The notes beneath the pieces are model-generated. The model was not told the DNA's origin and ran no database searches. It saw only the letters and a program-made list of their open reading frames with translations. A stretch of DNA of 64,000 nucleotides from Candidatus Saccharimonadota bacterium. GTDB taxonomy: Bacteria > Patescibacteriota > Saccharimonadia > Saccharimonadales > AWTP1-31. Positions within the stretch are counted from its first letter, which is position 1, and each line of letters opens with the position of its first letter. The position numbers and the translations under genes are program-made. Positions 60,161-64,000 of the stretch are shown piece by piece. Where the stretch lies: positions 135,328-199,327 of the forward strand of contig JAPLYT010000003.1 of NCBI GenBank assembly GCA_026395435.1, read 5' to 3'.

Positions 60161-61201
60161 ATGAGCGTACTGAGTGGGGTATCTGAATTCTTCGGCTTAG
60201 ACATCGGAACTTCCGCTGTCAGATTAGTTGAGCTGCACAATGCTGGTAAATCCAAAGCACTTGTTAAGTATGCCTATGTTCCGCTCGAGCAGAATATCTC
60301 TCAGAGTGAATCAGCAGCCGATCATCAAAAGCTGGCACGGGCCATCAAAGATCTTGTAGAGCAGGCAAAAGTCACAACCCGTAATGTTGCGGTAGGTTTG
60401 CCATCTCAAAGAGTATTTACTACGGTGTTCGACATCGACCGTCTGGCACCTGGCGAAATTGCTCAAACCATTAAGTATCAGGCAGATTCTCTCATCCCAA
60501 CACCTATTGAAGAGTCAAAAATAGACTGGGCAGTACTCGGGGATTCTCCAAAGGACAAGGACAAGGTAGAAGTACTCCTTACCAGCGTCACGAACGATTT
60601 CATCGAAGCACGTCTCGACATGCTCGAATCAATCGGCCTCAATGTTATCGCCTTCGAACCAGATCACATGGCACTTAGTAGGGCTGTTATTGCTTTCGAT
60701 ACAGCTGCACCACAAATGGTTGTCGACATTGGCGATCGCGCTACAGACATTGTTGTTAGCATGGCTGGGGTCCCTCGGCTCGCTCGCTCAATACCGACAG
60801 GTAGTGAAGCCATCATCCGCGCTGCAGTACAGAACTTGAATATAGACGACAAGCAAGCACAGCAATTCGTGAATAAATTCGGACTCGCCAAAGATAAACT
60901 CGAAGGGCAGATCTATAACGCTATTGTAAGCACCGTAGATATCCTGGTCACGGAAATAGATAAATCGATTAAGTTTTTCCAAGCACGCTACCCAGAAGCA
61001 AAAATAGAACGTATCATCATGACCGGCGGAGCTTCGGCACTACCTGAATTCCCGCTCTATGTAGCCAACAAATTTGGGCTCAATGTCGAGATCGGTAATG
61101 CATGGCGAAACGTCTCATTCCCAGCTGATCGTCAAGCAGAACTCCTTGCTGCCTCCAATCACTTTGGTGTTGCAGCCGGCCTCGCGGAGCGTGACGCATG
61201 A
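60161..61201 (+). CDS. pilM: type IV pilus assembly protein PilM
   Basis: GLDIGTSAVRLVEL, VDIG, MTGGAS, AAGLA.R actin-like fold. Confidence 0.93.
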   Translation: MSVLSGVSEFFGLDIGTSAVRLVELHNAGKSKALVKYAYVPLEQNISQSESAADHQKLARAIKDLVEQAKVTTRNVAVGLPSQRVFTTVFDIDRLAPGEIAQTIKYQADSLIPTPIEESKIDWAVLGDSPKDKDKVEVLLTSVTNDFIEARLDMLESIGLNVIAFEPDHMALSRAVIAFDTAAPQMVVDIGDRATDIVVSMAGVPRLARSIPTGSEAIIRAAVQNLNIDDKQAQQFVNKFGLAKDKLEGQIYNAIVSTVDILVTEIDKSIKFFQARYPEAKIERIIMTGGASALPEFPLYVANKFGLNVEIGNAWRNVSFPADRQAELLAASNHFGVAAGLAERDA

Positions 61202-61890
61202 TCCAATTCAACCTTCTCCCCGATGTAAAGCAGCAGTACATCAAGGCTGCCAAAATGAAACACACGACGGTGATTGTCTCTCTTCTGATTACGACGTCAT
61301 CGCTACTCATCTTTATCGTCATGTTTCTGTCAGTCCATGTATTCCAGCCAGCCCGAATCAAAGGCATAAACCAATCAATTTCCGATAGCACCAAAACACT
61401 CAAAGACACCCAAGATCTAGACAAGATTTTGACGATTCAAAATCAATTAAAAAGTCTGCCAGCATTACAATACAGCAAACCGATAGCTAGCAGACTCTCA
61501 GGGTATTTATCGCAAGTTACTCCCTCGCAACTTAGTATCGGCGAACTTACTTTGGACTTTGAAGGCAAGACGATGAAAATTACTGGTACAGCGGACTCGC
61601 TGTTAAGCGTCAACAAATTTATAGATACGCTGAAATTCACCACCTATGCTGCTACCAACAGCGACGGATCAGCCTCTGATGATGGTAAGCCATTTAGTTC
61701 AGTAGTTCTAGGGGCATTCTCTCGTACCGATAAGGATGCTACTTACGTAGTGGACCTTGCATACAACGAGACGATATTCGACGGCAACAAAAAAGTAGCG
61801 CTAACCGTTCCAAAGATTACGACCACTAGATCCGAAACAGAAAAACCTACCGAGTTATTTAAGGCTTTGCCAGAAGTGAAGAAGCAGTAG
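61198..61890 (+). CDS. pilN: type IV pilus assembly protein PilN
   Basis: QFNLLP N-terminal PilM-binding motif, TM, ITGTADS..V..FI..LK. Confidence 0.85.
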   Translation: MIQFNLLPDVKQQYIKAAKMKHTTVIVSLLITTSSLLIFIVMFLSVHVFQPARIKGINQSISDSTKTLKDTQDLDKILTIQNQLKSLPALQYSKPIASRLSGYLSQVTPSQLSIGELTLDFEGKTMKITGTADSLLSVNKFIDTLKFTTYAATNSDGSASDDGKPFSSVVLGAFSRTDKDATYVVDLAYNETIFDGNKKVALTVPKITTTRSETEKPTELFKALPEVKKQ

Positions 61891-61898
61891 GGAAGCAT

Positions 61899-62570
61899 AT
61901 GTTAGATATCCAAAATTCAGCCAAACGAGTTCAGGTCACCAAAGCGCAGGCCACAGCCATTGCTACCATTGCTGGCGCAGTATTTATCACTGTCTTTTCT
62001 CTCGTTTCATCCAAATCGCTCTGGACGCAACGAGCATATCAAGCACGGGTTATCGATAAAAAAGAAAAAGCACGCGTACAGCTCGAAGATAATATCAACG
62101 CCGTAAGTGGGTTGGTAACATCTTACAAAAACTTCATCTCAAATCCTACCAATTTACTGGGTGGAAGTCCCAGTGGTACTGGCGAAAAAGATGGTGACAA
62201 CGCCCGCCTTATTCTCGATGCACTGCCAAGCAAATACGACTTCCCGGCGCTGACAACAAGTCTAGAAAAACTACTAGTCGATCGAAAATTCAAGATCGAT
62301 GGTATCACTGGAACTGATGATGAGCTCGCCCAAGCAAAAGCTGCCGCTGGAGATAGCAAAACAGTCGAGATGCCGTTCCAAGTATCAGTCACCGGAAATG
62401 GTACTTCCATCCAAGACCTACTCGTTGTTCTTGAGAAATCCATTCGTCCATTTCAAGCTACCAAGCTGACACTCAAAGGCGGAACAGCAGATCTCAAACT
62501 TGTGCTTGACGCCAAGACATACTACCAGCCAGAAAAAACATTAAATATAAAACAGGAAACGGTAAAATGA
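61899..62570 (+). CDS. pilO: type IV pilus assembly protein PilO
   Basis: TM + coiled coil, ALP, V.G....L..LE.S.R; position after pilN. Confidence 0.78.
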   Translation: MLDIQNSAKRVQVTKAQATAIATIAGAVFITVFSLVSSKSLWTQRAYQARVIDKKEKARVQLEDNINAVSGLVTSYKNFISNPTNLLGGSPSGTGEKDGDNARLILDALPSKYDFPALTTSLEKLLVDRKFKIDGITGTDDELAQAKAAAGDSKTVEMPFQVSVTGNGTSIQDLLVVLEKSIRPFQATKLTLKGGTADLKLVLDAKTYYQPEKTLNIKQETVK

Positions 62571-62827
62571 AACAAAAAGATATCGGCTTATTCCTCGTAG
62601 TCGGAATATTTAGCGCAGTTATTTCGGTGTTTATGTCCGGGCTTCTCATCACACCAAAAAAAGATAAAATTCAAAAAGCTGAAAAGGTAGAAGCCATAAC
62701 GGCCTCATTCGAAGCACCTGCCAATAACGATAAATATTTCAATAAAGACGCCATCAATCCCACCAAACTCATTCAGATTGGGGATAATTCAAACAGCAAG
62801 CCATTTAATGGAACAACTAACAATTAG
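62567..62827 (+). CDS. small membrane protein of the pil operon (PilP position)
   Basis: One TM, NP/PF motifs, ATGA overlap with pilO. Confidence 0.65.
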   Translation: MKQKDIGLFLVVGIFSAVISVFMSGLLITPKKDKIQKAEKVEAITASFEAPANNDKYFNKDAINPTKLIQIGDNSNSKPFNGTTNN

Positions 62828-62836
62828 GCAACTGCT

Positions 62837-64000
62837 TTGAGCGTTCTCTCTACCACCGTACAATCACAAGTCGAAGAAGATCTTGTTCAACAAGGACTTC
62901 TTACAACCGACCAATTAGAAGATCTCCACGAACGTTCCGAAGCAGATGGTACGCCAATATTTGGCATGCTTGTAAGTGAAAACCTCATAACTGATGAAGA
63001 TTTAACCCGTACTACGGCCAAAATATCACGAGTACCTTATGTGAATCTCAGTGATGCTCGAATTGACGCTGATGTATTGGGGTTGTTACCTCAGGATATC
63101 GCCGAACGTTATATGGCAGTACCACTCGGCGAGATGCAACATCGGCTCGTCGTTGCCATGCTCGATGCCGACAATGTCCAGGCAGCTGACTTCTTGGCAA
63201 ACAAGATTGGCCGACCACTCAAAGTATATTCAGCCAGTGAAGCAGGTATCAAGCGCGTTCTCAAACAATACACCGAACGTCTCGACGCTACCATGATCGG
63301 CGAGCTCAAAGCTACCGTCGATGCCGCCGACGGACAAGCGGCAGCAGACAAGGCTGCCGAAAATACAGATGGTATTCAAACTATTGTGCAGGATTCACCT
63401 ATCAGTAAGGCACTGTCTACGATTCTGGAATACGCTGCCAAAAACCGTGCCAGCGATATACATATCGAGCCACTCGAGAAGATGCTCAAGATAAGGGCTC
63501 GAATCGACGGCGTACTTCGTGAAATCATGAAGCTACCCAAAAGCACCGAGGCTCCGCTAGTATCTCGCATAAAAATTCTGGCTAACCTCAAGATCGACGA
63601 ACACCGAATCCCTCAGGATGGAGGCTTCGCCATCGTTGTCGATGCACATGCCATTGACCTCCGTATCTCCATTAGCCCGGTAGTCTGGGGCGAACAAGTG
63701 GTCATTCGTCTCCTCGACAAGAGTGGTACGAGCCTCAACCTTATCGATATGGGGTACCATGGTCGAGCCCTTCGCACCATTAAAGAAGCATTGAAACAGC
63801 CAAACGGCATGATCCTCACCTCAGGGCCGACTGGTTCTGGTAAATCCACGTCACTCTATGCGCTCATTCAAGAGATTATGGACGACACTATCAATATTGT
63901 TACCCTCGAGGACCCTGTCGAATATAAGATGCAGGGGATCAACCAGATTCAGGTTAATGCAGAGGTTGGCCTTACATTTGCCAATGGTCTTAGGTCTATC
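62837..64000 (+). CDS. pilB: type IV pilus assembly ATPase PilB/GspE, truncated by window edge
   Basis: Manually read frame from TTG 62837: ASDIHIEP, RIPQDG, GPTGSGKST, TLEDPVEY. Confidence 0.93.
   Translation, partial: MSVLSTTVQSQVEEDLVQQGLLTTDQLEDLHERSEADGTPIFGMLVSENLITDEDLTRTTAKISRVPYVNLSDARIDADVLGLLPQDIAERYMAVPLGEMQHRLVVAMLDADNVQAADFLANKIGRPLKVYSASEAGIKRVLKQYTERLDATMIGELKATVDAADGQAAADKAAENTDGIQTIVQDSPISKALSTILEYAAKNRASDIHIEPLEKMLKIRARIDGVLREIMKLPKSTEAPLVSRIKILANLKIDEHRIPQDGGFAIVVDAHAIDLRISISPVVWGEQVVIRLLDKSGTSLNLIDMGYHGRALRTIKEALKQPNGMILTSGPTGSGKSTSLYALIQEIMDDTINIVTLEDPVEYKMQGINQIQVNAEVGLTFANGLRSI

Noticed and set aside
1-64000. CRISPR array, tRNA/rRNA genes, transposase, integrase, prophage or reverse transcriptase
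   Set aside because: No regularly spaced repeats, tRNA T-loop signatures or diagnostic motifs seen by eye; a tRNAscan/Infernal run would be needed to exclude them fully

Overview
Chromosomal segment of a small-genome bacterium. Gene content, gene order and sequence style point to Patescibacteria/CPR, most likely Saccharibacteria (inference, not a database result). The backbone is housekeeping: groES-groEL, argS, dnaG-rpoD, polA, mutM-holA, rpsT, truB, rpsO-pnp, rnj, ftsK, rpsF-ssb-rpsR, efp, tlyA, ychF and a type IV pilus cluster pilM-N-O-(P?)-pilB that runs off the right edge. Orphan genes, often with their own sigma70 promoter, are interspersed. I saw no rRNA, tRNA, CRISPR array or transposase. 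Main leads: (1) a translationally coupled operon of CDP-alcohol phosphatidyltransferase + PHP phosphoesterase + CarS-like (CDP-archaeol synthase family) protein; (2) about 25 genes with a -10 hexamer 6-9 nt before the start codon and no Shine-Dalgarno, suggesting pervasive leaderless expression; (3) a recurrent promoter motif AGC(A/G/T)TAAG(C/T); (4) a second RpoD-like sigma factor with altered promoter-recognition residues; (5) an ART-like/HD fusion protein; (6) two structured intergenic elements; (7) frame breaks in polA and a TrmB regulator; (8) metal-ligand-free DnaG and UDG, and a P-type ATPase with non-canonical ion-binding motifs.
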